Assembly (NCBI GenBank): GCA_963703315.1
Contig: OY969811.1
Coordinates: 3,232,001 to 3,296,000, forward strand
Direction of reading: 5' to 3'
Length of the DNA stretch: 64,000 bases
DNA from: an uncultured cyanobacterium
GTDB lineage: Bacteria > Cyanobacteriota > Cyanobacteriia > Pseudanabaenales > Pseudanabaenaceae
Shown here: in pieces, positions 1-9,233 of the stretch
Layout of the letters: every line of letters begins with the position of its first letter
How positions within the stretch are numbered: the first letter of the stretch is position 1
Translations under genes and position numbers: made by a program
Notes under the pieces: generated by a model
The model's input: only the letters and a program-made list of their open reading frames with translations
What the model was told of the DNA's origin: nothing
Database searches by the model: none

Positions 1-5
1 CAGCT

Positions 6-734
6 ATGGCGATCGCCGCAGTGGGACTTTGTGGATGGTTGATATTGGAGCGCTCAAACCAGCAACAGTATTTAGATAAAGCACGTGACTTCGATAGTCA
101 AAATCTTAATCCTCAAAAAATCACGAAGTTAGACACACTGACAGAAACGCGCAACCAATTACAAACGATTATTTCGCAATTAGAAACAGTTTCTGACCGT
201 CCTGCTTCGCTTTATGCTGATGCTCAGTCTGAGTTAACAACTTTACGACCAAAGCTAGAACAGTTTGATCGCAAGATTAATATTGAACAAGTTGCCAATA
301 AAAATCTTGATTTATCAAAAAATCTCACCATTGAGGCAGTAAAGTTAACTCAAAATCCCCCACACAAATCAACTGTTTGGAAAGCTGCCCAAGACAAGCG
401 CAAACAGGCTTTAAAGGTGTTAGAAGAGATTTCTCCAGACTCATTGCTATATCCTGATGCTCAAGCTCGGCTCAAGGCATATCGTGCGGAATTAGTCCAA
501 ATTAGTAAATGGGTAGAAATCCAACAAAGGGCTGAGTTATCCGCCAATAATCTGACTGCTAATACGATTAATCAGATTAAACAATTTAAAGCTAAGGCTC
601 CAAGTAAGCAAAAATTTCTACCTCAATGTAAAGTCACTTTACAAAATCAAATCTCTAATGCTGAAGCTCAAAGGGCTGGACTGCCAGCCGTGACTTTAGC
701 TGAATATTTATGTGCTTATTTCTGGAATTCTTAG
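6..734 (+). CDS. Hypothetical protein, probably 5'-truncated by the window edge; TM segment followed by a helical/coiled-coil region
   Basis: The frame is open upstream of the ATG at 6. Hydrophobic segment AIAAVGLCGWLIL, then a helical region (WKAAQ..LEEISPDSLLYPDAQARL). Confidence 0.6.
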   Translation: MAIAAVGLCGWLILERSNQQQYLDKARDFDSQNLNPQKITKLDTLTETRNQLQTIISQLETVSDRPASLYADAQSELTTLRPKLEQFDRKINIEQVANKNLDLSKNLTIEAVKLTQNPPHKSTVWKAAQDKRKQALKVLEEISPDSLLYPDAQARLKAYRAELVQISKWVEIQQRAELSANNLTANTINQIKQFKAKAPSKQKFLPQCKVTLQNQISNAEAQRAGLPAVTLAEYLCAYFWNS

Positions 735-738
735 AATA

Positions 739-773
739 ATTAGTAATGTGTGGCAAAGCCACGCATTACTAAT
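739..773. repeat. Intergenic palindrome with GC-AAA-GC triloop
   Basis: attagtaatgtgtggc-aaa-gccacgcattactaat, one mismatch. Confidence 0.8.
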
Positions 774-808
774 ATTTATGTATTTTGTAACTCTGGATCG
801 AATTTTCC

Positions 809-1543
809 ATGACTTATTCTCTGCGAATTGTCGATATGGCTGAGAGCGATCGCCCTCGTGAGAGATTACTTAGTCAGGGCGTTCGGAGTCTATCTAATGC
901 TGAGTTAATTGCGATTTTGCTAGGAACGGGGCAAGGTGCAGGGAAACTGTCGGCGGTGGGGTTAGGACAACTGATTTTGCAAACCATTGGCAAAGATCGC
1001 ACTAGTGATCCTGTGGCAGCTTTGCAGTCCGTATCGCCACAGGAACTTATGCAAATCGAGGGCGTAGGACCAGCGAAGGCGACGGCAATTTTGGCGGCGA
1101 TCGAGTTAGGCAAGAGGGCGCTTTACGCGAAACCGCCTGATTTGACGGAAGTTACCGATCCATCGGTAGCGGCGGCGGCGCTGAGTCAAGACTTGATGTG
1201 GCAACCCCAAGAACGTCTGGCGGTGGTGATGCTCGATAACAAAAATCGGATTATTGCCCAACGCATTATCACGATTGGCACAGCGACAGAAACCCTTGCC
1301 CATCCCCGTGATATTTTTCGAGAGGTTTTAAAAAGTGGCGCAGTTCGTCTGATCGTGGCGCACAATCACCCCTCTGGCAATACATCTCCTAGTCCTGAAG
1401 ACATTACGCTCACCCGTCAGTTATTAGAAGCAGCAAGGATGCTGAGTATTCCTCTGTTAGATCATTTGATTTTGGGTAACGGCACTTTTTCGAGCATTCG
1501 CGAAGTTTCGACTTTATGGCAAGAGGTTCCGCAATCAGAGTAA
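809..1543 (+). CDS. radC: RadC-family JAB-domain protein
   Basis: N-terminal RPRERLL..G...[14 protein letters not shown], HhH motif [12 protein letters not shown] motif HNHPSG...PSPED, LLDHLI. Confidence 0.95.
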   Translation: MTYSLRIVDMAESDRPRERLLSQGVRSLSNAELIAILLGTGQGAGKLSAVGLGQLILQTIGKDRTSDPVAALQSVSPQELMQIEGVGPAKATAILAAIELGKRALYAKPPDLTEVTDPSVAAAALSQDLMWQPQERLAVVMLDNKNRIIAQRIITIGTATETLAHPRDIFREVLKSGAVRLIVAHNHPSGNTSPSPEDITLTRQLLEAARMLSIPLLDHLILGNGTFSSIREVSTLWQEVPQSE

Positions 1544-1565
1544 TAACAATTGACTAAGGTGTTGT

Positions 1566-1633
1566 TACACTTCACCAGCTTTTAGCTGGGCGATCGCCTA
1601 TTCTAACCAAAGATTAAGATCGCGATTGTAGAG
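1566..1633 (-). pseudogene. Short remnant of a DUF29-family gene 5' end
   Basis: The minus strand reads LYNRDLNLWLE*AIAQLKAGEV*, near-identical to LYDHDLNLWLKEAIAQLKAGDF of the DUF29 gene at about 3280-3345. Confidence 0.75.
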
Positions 1634-1641
1634 TAAGTTTT

Positions 1642-1772
1642 TATAGCCATAGCCAAGCAAGTTAAGACATAAAACCAAAAAGAGAGTGGCGGCGCAAAGC
1701 GCCGCCACTCTCTTTTTGGTTTTGGTTTTGTCCTAACATAACTGACTATATCTATAACAGGCTTGGCTATAG
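1642..1772. repeat. TA-bounded mini-element (family C) with a 25-bp-arm hairpin and AAA loop
   Basis: tatagcc..gttaagaca ... tgtcctaac..tgactata shell around aaaaccaaaaagagagtggcggcgc-aaa-gcgccgccactctctttttggtttt. Extra atagccaagc/gcttggctat inverted pair. Related shell at 23208-23298. Confidence 0.7.
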
Positions 1773-2147
1773 TTTGAATCATTTGTTCTCTCGCCCCATA
1801 TCAAATCCTTAAAGGCAATAAAGACTAGATATCTTCCCAAAAATCGATAGTTAACAGTGAAGTAATATCACTGCTCAATTGCCATGTATCAGGAAAATTT
1901 ACAGATTTATAACCTGTATTTCTTCTAACTATGCGTAAAGCATCATCAAAAGCATCCTGAAATAACTCAGGATTACTAGCGTAATTTTTTAAACTCGGTG
2001 ACTGTTTGAGAATGTCTCTGAGTGCATTGCGAGTTCTGTCAATAGTTTCCACCCACCCCGCATAGTCATATTCACTTTTGATATAGCAACGCTTTAGCAA
2101 ATGCTCAATTAGCGTAGTCAATCTTTGCTTGATTTCCCGTCTATCTC

Positions 2148-3214
2148 GGCACTGGTCATTGAATTAGTGGTATGAGAAAATAGAGGCAGAGGAAAGGAGA
2201 AAGCTATGGAATGCCCCCACTGCCAGAGCCAAAAGATCATCAAAAATGGCAAACATCACCACCAAGATGGCAAAGCTATCCAGAACTATTTGTGTAAAGG
2301 ATGCGGCAAGAGATTTAGTGAAAGGACAGGAACGCCAATGTCAAGGCTGAGAACACCAGCAAGTGTCGTATCCTTAGCGCTAAAGATGAGGAGTGAAGGG
2401 ATGGGAATCAGAGCCAGTGGGAGAGTCCTCGAAAAATCCCATGTCAGCATCATGAGATGGGAGCAAAAATTGGCAACCCAGTCACAGCAATGGAGTCCAG
2501 ATGCCCCAGCAGGAGGAGATATAACAGTCGAGGGAGATGAGGTTTACACTCGCGTAGGCGAGAACCTTCCCCCCCTCAAAGTCAAAAGGATGGACAGTGA
2601 CATTCATTGAGCGTAAGAGTCGCTATTGGATTGAGGCAAGGGTAGGACTCAAAACCACTGAATTATTTACTAAAGCAACCAAAACAGCATGGCAATGGGC
2701 AAAGGCAAGTCAATACATCCGATGGTTTACCGATGGCGAAAGACGCTATGCCCAACAACTATAGCAAATGGCAAGTGTGCGCCTCAAATCCACTGAAGTA
2801 AGTCGTGAGTATGGACATCGCAAGGTATGGCGACATGGCTTAGAAGTTGCGATCAAAATTAAAAGTTCACAGGGAAATCGTCGGGTCGAATGGCTCAAAC
2901 CTGAGCATCCCTATACGGCTATTAGCGACAAGTGTGACATTCATGCCAATCACAATGAAGCTAACAACAGTGCTTTGAGAAGGAGATGTAGTGCTTATCG
3001 TCGCAGACAAAACCTATATGCGAAGAATACCGAAGGATTACAACGAGCAGTCACTGTGCAAAGATTAGTTCACAACTGGGTGAGACCTCATGTCGGCTTA
3101 GGGAAGAATAAGACTCCAGTTATGGCGATCGGGCTATATCATCGACCGCTTTCCATGCTGGAGTTGCTTTCACTACGAGGCTTTCACTCCCTCACGATTT
3201 AACTGACCAGTGCC
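2148..3214 (+). mobile_element. IS1-family insertion sequence, 1067 bp, transposase defective
   Basis: Terminal inverted repeats ggcactggtca/tgaccagtgcc; 9-bp direct repeat gtctatctc at 2139-2147 and 3215-3223. Zn-ribbon CPHC...YLCKGC plus HTH; DDE motifs EGDEVYT, WFTDG, HNEANN. Confidence 0.92.
2206..3202 (+). pseudogene. IS1-family transposase split by a +1 frame change at CTTCCCCCCC and an in-frame TAG
   Basis: ORF A is 2206-2610. The +1 frame continues SKSKGWTVTFIERKSRYW..WFTDGERRYAQQL*(2762-2764)QMASVRL to 3202. Confidence 0.85.
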
Positions 3215-3403
3215 GTCTATCTCTACCAGCCAAACCCTCTAACTCCTCCACGAGATTTTCAATATCAAGATTTTGGAAATCTCCAGCTTTTAACTGCGCG
3301 ATCGCCTCTTTTAACCAAAGATTAAGATCGTGATCGTAGAGAGAGGTTTTAGAAGGTTTGGGTAAGGCTTGAGTCATAGCAGATACTCAACACAGCGAGC
3401 AAA

Positions 3404-4591
3404 TTAACGAATGTACTCTTTTAAAACGCTATTACGGTTAGGATGGCGCAACTTGCGGAGAGCCTTAGCTTCGATTTGGCGGATACGCTCACGGGTGACA
3501 TTGAAGATTTGACCGATCTCTTCAAGGGTTTTCATGCGTCCATCGTCTAAGCCATAGCGCAAACGCAAGACATCACGCTCTCTAGGGCTGAGGGTTCCCA
3601 ACACGCTTTCAAGATCTTCACGTAGGAGGCTCTTAGCAACCTGATCATCAGGGGTTTCACCTTCGGACTCGATGAAGTCACCGAGGCGAGAGTCTTCTTC
3701 CTTACCGATGGGAGTTTCTAGAGATATCGGCAACTGGGCAGATTTGGCGATAAAGCGGAGCTTTTCGATCGTCATCTCCATGCGCGTTGCAATTTCTTCC
3801 TCGGTAGGCTTACGTCCCATTTCTTGAGAAAGTAACTTGGTAGTTTTCTTAATCCGCGAAATAGTTTCGTAAAGATGGACAGGAAGACGAATAGTACGGG
3901 ATTGATCGGCGATCGCTCTCGTAATTGCCTGACGAATCCACCATGTCGCGTAGGTTGAGAATTTATAACCCTTTTCGTGGTCAAACTTCTCAGCCGCACG
4001 GATCAAGCCTAAACTGCCCTCTTGGATCAAATCTTGGAAGGACAAGCCGCGATTCATGTACTTTTTGGCGATCGATACTACGAGACGTAGGTTCGACTGC
4101 ACCATTTTGTCTTTGGCGCGGCGACCAGAGTGGAGGCGTTTGCGAAATTCGCCGAGGGGCATCCCCATTTTGACTGCCCAATCAGGCTCACGCACATCAT
4201 CGGGATGACAATCAATTTCGGTAGCTATTTCTTCACGCTTTAGCTCTAGCTCTAGCAAGTCGGCAATTTTACGAGCTAGCTCAATCTCTTCATCGGCTCT
4301 CAATAGTCGAATCCGACCAATTTCTTGCAAGTAGAGACGAATTGAGTCTTCGGTAAAATGTTTTTTCTTAGTTTGACTGGCTCTTTTTTTAGTTCCCCTC
4401 GTTTTGCCAGCTTTATCAGGGTCATCGTCAGAATCAGCGTCTTCATCTAGGTCATCAATTAAGTCGTCCTTTTCGAGTTCGATTTCATCATCAATATCGT
4501 CAAGGTCTTCTTCAATTTCTTCAAGATTTCCGCCAAGTTTGCCAACAGGCAACTTGATTTCAATAGGTAGGTCGATGGCTGCTTTGCTCAT
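3404..4591 (-). CDS. sigA: Principal (group 1) RNA polymerase sigma factor
   Basis: [80 protein letters not shown]; acidic N-terminus. ATG at 4591 preferred over TTG at 4666. Confidence 0.96.
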   Translation of the reverse strand: MSKAAIDLPIEIKLPVGKLGGNLEEIEEDLDDIDDEIELEKDDLIDDLDEDADSDDDPDKAGKTRGTKKRASQTKKKHFTEDSIRLYLQEIGRIRLLRADEEIELARKIADLLELELKREEIATEIDCHPDDVREPDWAVKMGMPLGEFRKRLHSGRRAKDKMVQSNLRLVVSIAKKYMNRGLSFQDLIQEGSLGLIRAAEKFDHEKGYKFSTYATWWIRQAITRAIADQSRTIRLPVHLYETISRIKKTTKLLSQEMGRKPTEEEIATRMEMTIEKLRFIAKSAQLPISLETPIGKEEDSRLGDFIESEGETPDDQVAKSLLREDLESVLGTLSPRERDVLRLRYGLDDGRMKTLEEIGQIFNVTRERIRQIEAKALRKLRHPNRNSVLKEYIR

Positions 4592-4838
4592 GCCAGATTC
4601 CTCAGATCCGAACTGTCTAAAACTTTGTCTACGGGGAATTACACCTAGATGATTGTAGCTTGCCAAACATAAAAATGGTGGTTTGAGCTACTCAGTTAAT
4701 TACGAATATCTTAAATCTAAGAGTTGATGCGTAATTTTTAAATTGGGTATGATCAGTGTAATTCCTACTTATACATTTATAGTCTAACGATGGTAGACCC
4801 GACTAAAAAACTTTTTGATTTTAAAAATTTTTGAGAAC

Positions 4839-4933
4839 TATAGCGTTTCACAGTTTAGTGAAGTAGAGGATTGTTTACCCGCCTTCGGCGGGGAAACAAT
4901 CCTCTATACCTCGCTTGCTTGAAAAGCGCTATA
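4839..4933. repeat. TA-bounded mini-element family A
   Basis: tatagcgtttcacagt.tagtgaagtagaggattgttt..cgcc-ttc-ggcggggaaacaatcctcta...cgctata. Copies at 8424-8529, 9087-9168 and 29316-29412. Confidence 0.85.
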
Positions 4934-5013
4934 TCGCATTTAGGAGCAAGACAAGGGGCTTAAGCCCCTTGTTATAGACTGTTATTTCTCACGACTCATT
5001 GAGGATTGCTATA
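4930..5013. repeat. TA-bounded mini-element carrying the palindrome acaaggggcttaagccccttgt
   Basis: Perfect 22-bp palindrome. The right end gaggattgctata matches the left end tatagcaatcc of the 8424 element. Confidence 0.65.
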
Positions 5014-5110
5014 AGTAGCTAGACATAATTAAAACCCAAAAACTTTTGGCGCACGCTGCGCATGCGCCAAAAGTTTTTGGGTTTTATATTTAATTGCGCC
5101 TAGCGACTTA
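5012..5110. repeat. TA-bounded mini-element family B
   Basis: taagtagct..cataattaaaaccc...ggcgcacgc-tgc-gc.tgcgcc...gggttttatatttaatt..actta. Copies at 29214-29317, 50595-50699 and 52789-52865. Confidence 0.85.
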
Positions 5111-5165
5111 GACACATTTAATCCGTTTAAAGGATACATTTATTAAGTATTATTAAATTTTAATT

Positions 5166-5741
5166 ATGCCTAAGTCTAATAAAGTATCCCTAGCTTCAAT
5201 CGGTTTATTTGTCGGTGGAATCCTCTTTTTAGTTGGCTTTTGGGCTTATGCTAAGGGCAACTCTACTTTAAATTTAATTGGCTTTTTCTATGGGTTTCCG
5301 ATCCTATTGGGAGGATTTGCGTTTAAATCCTCGGAAGTGACACCCGTACCGATAATTATTCCTGAATCTGACGATATTGTGGCTGTACGCAAGGTACAAG
5401 AAACTCCTACACAAAAGCAACTTCGCAAAGATGTGACACGCTATCGCTATGGTATCAAGGCACATTTAGATGAAGTTTTAGAAAAATTAGGGATGCGTCC
5501 CACAGATGAGGAACGTCCTGTCTTGATTGGGATCTATGAGGCAATTTCTCAAGCTGAAGAGTCTAAGGGTGCGTATAGTTTGGTTTTGCGGTTTCAGTCG
5601 CCTTTGATGGGTTTTGATGTTTGGCAACAAAAGCAAGAAAAATTCACACGATTTTTTGGTCCTGGCATCGTGGCATCGGTTACAGAACTGGAAAATAAGG
5701 AGGTTGATTTGTATTTGATTTCGCAGAATGTAGGTGATTAG
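5166..5741 (+). CDS. DUF2854-family membrane protein
   Basis: Two TM segments, FYGFPILLGGFAFK, QLRKDVTRYRYG..AHL, KFTRFFGPG. Confidence 0.85.
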   Translation: MPKSNKVSLASIGLFVGGILFLVGFWAYAKGNSTLNLIGFFYGFPILLGGFAFKSSEVTPVPIIIPESDDIVAVRKVQETPTQKQLRKDVTRYRYGIKAHLDEVLEKLGMRPTDEERPVLIGIYEAISQAEESKGAYSLVLRFQSPLMGFDVWQQKQEKFTRFFGPGIVASVTELENKEVDLYLISQNVGD

Positions 5742-5799
5742 CTTTGAGCGATTAGTTTTTAGAAATTAGCTTTTAGCTAGCTATGAATTACGAATTACA
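5738..5799. repeat. Degenerate heptamer short tandem repeats (TTAGCTT-like, then AATTACG)
   Basis: ttagcttt..ttagtttt..ttagcttttagct followed by aattacg aattaca; STRR-type. Confidence 0.5.
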
Positions 5800-5823
5800 A
5801 ATGAGTTTTAGTTTCTTTTACAA

Positions 5824-6402
5824 ATGAGTTTAGTTTCTTTTGCGGCTTTAATTGCAGGGGCAAGATCTGGGAAATTGGTTAGTTTTCCAACGGATACTGT
5901 CCCTGCTTTGGCGGTGCGTCCCGATCGCAGTGAGGATATTTTTAGACTCAAGCAGCGATCGCCTGATAAACCTTTGATCTTGATGGCATCGAGTTGGCGG
6001 GAATTTCTGCCTTTTATTGATCTGGAGCATTCTGCTGTAGAAATTTGGCAACAAACTGCTCAGAAATATTTTGCAGGAGCCGTTACTTTGGTTTTGCCAT
6101 CGAGCGATCGCGGCTGTCGGTTAAATCAAGGCTTTACAACTCTAGGCGTGAGAATTCCTGATAGTAAAGTGGCGATCGCCATTTTGCAGCAAACAGGAGC
6201 GATGCTGACTACTAGTGCTAATAAAAGTAATGAACCGCCTTTACGCAGCATGATCGAAATTGATCATGCTTTTCCCTCGGTATTGACCTTAGGTGATGGG
6301 ATTGATCTGACTGAGCGATCGGGGAGTGGATTACCGTCAACGGTAGTCGAATGGACGGCGGATGGCTGGCTAGTGCGTCGTCAAGGAGCAGTGAAATTTT
6401 AA
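5824..6402 (+). CDS. tsaC: L-threonylcarbamoyladenylate synthase (Sua5/YrdC)
   Basis: FPTDTV, LKQRSPDKPL, GVRIP, TTSANKS, PSTVV, RQGAV. Confidence 0.92.
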   Translation: MSLVSFAALIAGARSGKLVSFPTDTVPALAVRPDRSEDIFRLKQRSPDKPLILMASSWREFLPFIDLEHSAVEIWQQTAQKYFAGAVTLVLPSSDRGCRLNQGFTTLGVRIPDSKVAIAILQQTGAMLTTSANKSNEPPLRSMIEIDHAFPSVLTLGDGIDLTERSGSGLPSTVVEWTADGWLVRRQGAVKF

Positions 6403-6436
6403 AAAAGAAAGGGCGCTCAGCGCCCTTTCTTTTTTA
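6400..6436. terminator. Perfect palindrome spanning stop codon to stop codon of two convergent genes; probable bidirectional terminator
   Basis: taaaaaagaaagggcgc-tca-gcgccctttctttttta. Confidence 0.75.
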
Positions 6437-7675
6437 GATGGTTTGCCAGTCTCGTGAGAATTGCTCTAGGTTGGCTGTAGTTAACTCTTTTTCTAGCCAT
6501 TGCAAAGCTGCTACTTGACTAGGAAATTTCTGACTATCGTAGTCCTTAAATACATCTAGCAAGGAAATAGCGATCGCACTTTGCTCTGAAGCCACTGTCC
6601 AACGTTGAAAGAAAAGTTGCATCGTCTGTGGTAGTACAGAGTCTTGCAACTTTTCTAAAGCTTTAACCTGACTTGTGGAACGGGTATAGCTTTTTACAGC
6701 ATCCGTAAGATTGATCAGTTGCAGTTGCGGTGTGCCAGTAGTTGGCGGCTCAGTAGTTTGTGGCGGCGTAAATGGCGTGCCAGTGCCAACTCCTGCATTG
6801 AGATTTGCCCAATCTTGGCGAAACTGGGTAATTGCTTGAGGTAGTAGCTGACTTTGTAGCCATTGCAAAGCCAGATTTTGGTTGAGCATTTGACTACTGT
6901 TGTAACCACTCAAGGCATCTGCTAACGATGTGGCGGTAGTAGCTTGCTCAGAAGCAATTTGCCAACGTTGAAAAAATTGCTGCAATATTTCAGGTGTAAC
7001 ACTAGTCTGCAAATTATTGAACGCAGCCGTCTGATTTGGTAATCTGCCTCGGCTATAGAGATTGGCAGCATCTACGAGACTAATGGCGGCGGCGGTAGGA
7101 ATGGAGGTGGTGGGAGTACCTGTGGTTGTGCCAGTTTGGGGTGGGACAAAAATAGAAGGTGGATTTGAAGTTGTAGGAGTTGTGGGAGCAGGATCGCGCA
7201 CAATCTCAATTACTGGAGGTTGTGGTGTGACATCGGCGATCGCAGGGGCTTGTAATTTTTTCCATGTTTGCTCGCCTACCTTACCATCGACAGTTAAGCC
7301 ATTGGCACGCTGAAAGGCAGCCACTGCATCTCTTGTGCCAGCACCAAAATCACCATCAATGCGCCCTTGGTAATACCCCTTTGCCTTAAGAAGTTGCTGA
7401 GCTTGAGTAACGGTCGCTCCTTGTGAACCAGGTAATAGCGTAGGTAAAGTTGTAACTGGAGGTTTGCTGATCGCCCTTAGTTTAGTCCAGCTAGAACTAC
7501 CAAAAATGCCATCAGTCACTAATCCATTCGCTTTTTGAAATTTTAGAACCGCATTGGTTGTACCAGCGCCAAAATCACCATCAATTTTGCCAGTATAAAA
7601 TCCTTGCTTCTGAAGCAATTGCTGCAACTCAATCACAGCATTGCCTTTACTACCTTGTCGTAAGATTGGATCCAT
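6434..7675 (-). CDS. Protein with two PG_binding_1 domains, a Pro/Thr linker and four ~42-aa C-terminal repeats
   Basis: LRQGSKGNAVIELQQLL..IDGDFG..T..AV..FQ..NGL..DG occurs twice; four repeats of the form SL.DA...Y......Q..AL..LQ........QF...W. Confidence 0.85.
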   Translation of the reverse strand: MDPILRQGSKGNAVIELQQLLQKQGFYTGKIDGDFGAGTTNAVLKFQKANGLVTDGIFGSSSWTKLRAISKPPVTTLPTLLPGSQGATVTQAQQLLKAKGYYQGRIDGDFGAGTRDAVAAFQRANGLTVDGKVGEQTWKKLQAPAIADVTPQPPVIEIVRDPAPTTPTTSNPPSIFVPPQTGTTTGTPTTSIPTAAAISLVDAANLYSRGRLPNQTAAFNNLQTSVTPEILQQFFQRWQIASEQATTATSLADALSGYNSSQMLNQNLALQWLQSQLLPQAITQFRQDWANLNAGVGTGTPFTPPQTTEPPTTGTPQLQLINLTDAVKSYTRSTSQVKALEKLQDSVLPQTMQLFFQRWTVASEQSAIAISLLDVFKDYDSQKFPSQVAALQWLEKELTTANLEQFSRDWQTI

Positions 7676-7795
7676 AAAATTAGCCTAATTTTTCCAAATT
7701 AATATTTCAAGATTGGCTCAAAGTCTAGCAAAAACAAACCCATTCATTTAGGAGGGCTAAGCTTTGTGCTGCCACTTTATGAATGGGTTTGTTTT

Positions 7796-8368
7796 TTAAA
7801 AATAGAGTACACGGGCATCTATTCCTTGCGATCGCAAGAAATGTTTCAAAGATTCAGCAGCATCACGATTTGTATAGCCACCAGCATATATGTAATCACC
7901 ACGTCCTGATTTCGACACAAATGCGTTAGGAATCAAACTTTTAACCTGAGCCAAAGTACTTACCGATCTCATCGGCACTGCGGTTACATAACGATATTGA
8001 GCCGAGTTTTCAATACTAGTAGTTGCCGTATTATTAGGCATATAACTAGGCAAGGTAACAACTGAAGAAGTTGGCTGATAGGCTTGTTGGACGGCGACAC
8101 CTCGCCTTTGCAGTTCTCGCGTCACATAATCTGCGGTAGGAGCATCAAAAGCCCCTGCGAGGATCGCAGTCTGTCCATTAACTGAGGCAACCACAGGATT
8201 AGTAACTACCTGTCTCGCAATATTTAGAGTTACAGGATTATTCCCTGGGATATAAACAAGAGTATTTCCCAATTGGGCATTGGCACTAGCGATCGCTACA
8301 TTCCAAAATCCCAAGCTAGCGATCGCCAAACCGATAGATTTTTTTGTCCAGTCGGGCATCTTCATCAT
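7796..8368 (-). CDS. Secreted hypothetical protein, possibly SPOR-like at the C-terminus
   Basis: Signal peptide ending ASANA-Q; GDYIYAGGYTNRDAAESL..FLRSQGIDARVLYF. Confidence 0.65.
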   Translation of the reverse strand: MMKMPDWTKKSIGLAIASLGFWNVAIASANAQLGNTLVYIPGNNPVTLNIARQVVTNPVVASVNGQTAILAGAFDAPTADYVTRELQRRGVAVQQAYQPTSSVVTLPSYMPNNTATTSIENSAQYRYVTAVPMRSVSTLAQVKSLIPNAFVSKSGRGDYIYAGGYTNRDAAESLKHFLRSQGIDARVLYF

Positions 8369-8423
8369 TATTTAACCCTTTAACCCTAAAGCGAATTAGT
8401 TGTTCCTAAACCTAAATTAATTC

Positions 8424-8529
8424 TATAGCAATCCCTAGATAATTTTGAAAGTGGTTGCAAGCGAGTTGCAGAGGATTGTTTCCCCGCCAAAGGCGGGGAA
8501 ACAATCCTGTACTTTAGTGAAACGCTATA
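8424..8529. repeat. Family A mini-element, reverse orientation, chimeric left end
   Basis: aggattgtttccccgcc-aaa-ggcggggaaacaatcct...gtgaaacgctata; the right end overlaps the rimI stop codon. Confidence 0.8.
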
Positions 8530-9064
8530 AATTCCAACCCTTAGCTAGCAGATTCAAAGATATGGACTCATGCCAATATTCGAGTAATGTTCCAAATTCT
8601 GCTGTATGTAAGCCCTTTCGCCATAACATTAGGGCATCTTCACCCGTTACTTCATAATATTTGGGTCTACGCCCAATTTCTTGAAAGCCAAAACTTTGAT
8701 ATAGGGCGATCGCAATATGATTTGACTCGCGGACTTCGAGGGTTGCCCATTCTAACTGGCGATCGCGAGCTTTTTTAAGTAATCCCCACACTAGAGACTT
8801 GCCAAAACCTTGACCTTGATATTCGGGACGTACTGCCAAAACCGTTATATGTGCCTCCTCAAGCACTGCCCACAGACAACCAAAGCCCAGTAATTCATGA
8901 TTTTCTGTGGTTAGCCCCAAGACGCAACTACTAGGGCTATCAATTTCACGCTGATAAGCCTCTAAGCTCCAGAAATCTCCGAGACAAGCACAATCGATCG
9001 CCCTTAGCTGCGATAAAAATTTTTGATCAATCTCACTTAGATAGATTCGGGTCGATAGACTCAT
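8525..9064 (-). CDS. rimI: Ribosomal-protein-alanine N-acetyltransferase
   Basis: EAHITVLAVRPEYQGQGFG, LEVRESN..AIALYQSFGF..IGRRPKYY, EDALML. Confidence 0.93.
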   Translation of the reverse strand: MSLSTRIYLSEIDQKFLSQLRAIDCACLGDFWSLEAYQREIDSPSSCVLGLTTENHELLGFGCLWAVLEEAHITVLAVRPEYQGQGFGKSLVWGLLKKARDRQLEWATLEVRESNHIAIALYQSFGFQEIGRRPKYYEVTGEDALMLWRKGLHTAEFGTLLEYWHESISLNLLAKGWNL

Positions 9065-9086
9065 GTGCTGTAATTATTTAAATATT

Positions 9087-9168
9087 TATAGCGTTTCACA
9101 GTCTAGTGGAGTAGAGGATTGTTTCCGCGCCGAAGGCGGGGAAACAATCCTCTACAAAAAGCGCTATA
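9087..9168. repeat. Family A mini-element
   Basis: tatagcgtttcacagtctagtggagtagaggattgtttccgcgcc-gaa-ggcggggaaacaatcctctac..gcgctata. Confidence 0.85.
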
Positions 9169-9233
9169 TGAGGGTATGCAGTCTGAATTACTGAATATCC
9201 TGAAAAAATGCAAGTCGCAAGGATTATCGATCA

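Larger units (their letters stand above)
1825..3377 (-). pseudogene. DUF29-family gene interrupted by an IS1-family element
   Basis: Removing the IS and one TSD joins ..EELEGLAGRDR in frame to REIKQRLTTLIEHLLK..LKQSPSLKNY (158 aa). Typical DUF29 motifs LYD.D...W, LDIENLVEE, SPSL. Confidence 0.9.

Noticed and set aside
809..1543. radC as a marker of a mobile element or anti-restriction module
   Set aside because: Full-length chromosomal type with an HhH region and normal HIP1 content; no integrase or conjugation genes nearby.
4839..5110. Possible CRISPR array from clustered palindromes
   Set aside because: No identical repeats with regular unique spacers, and no cas genes in the window.
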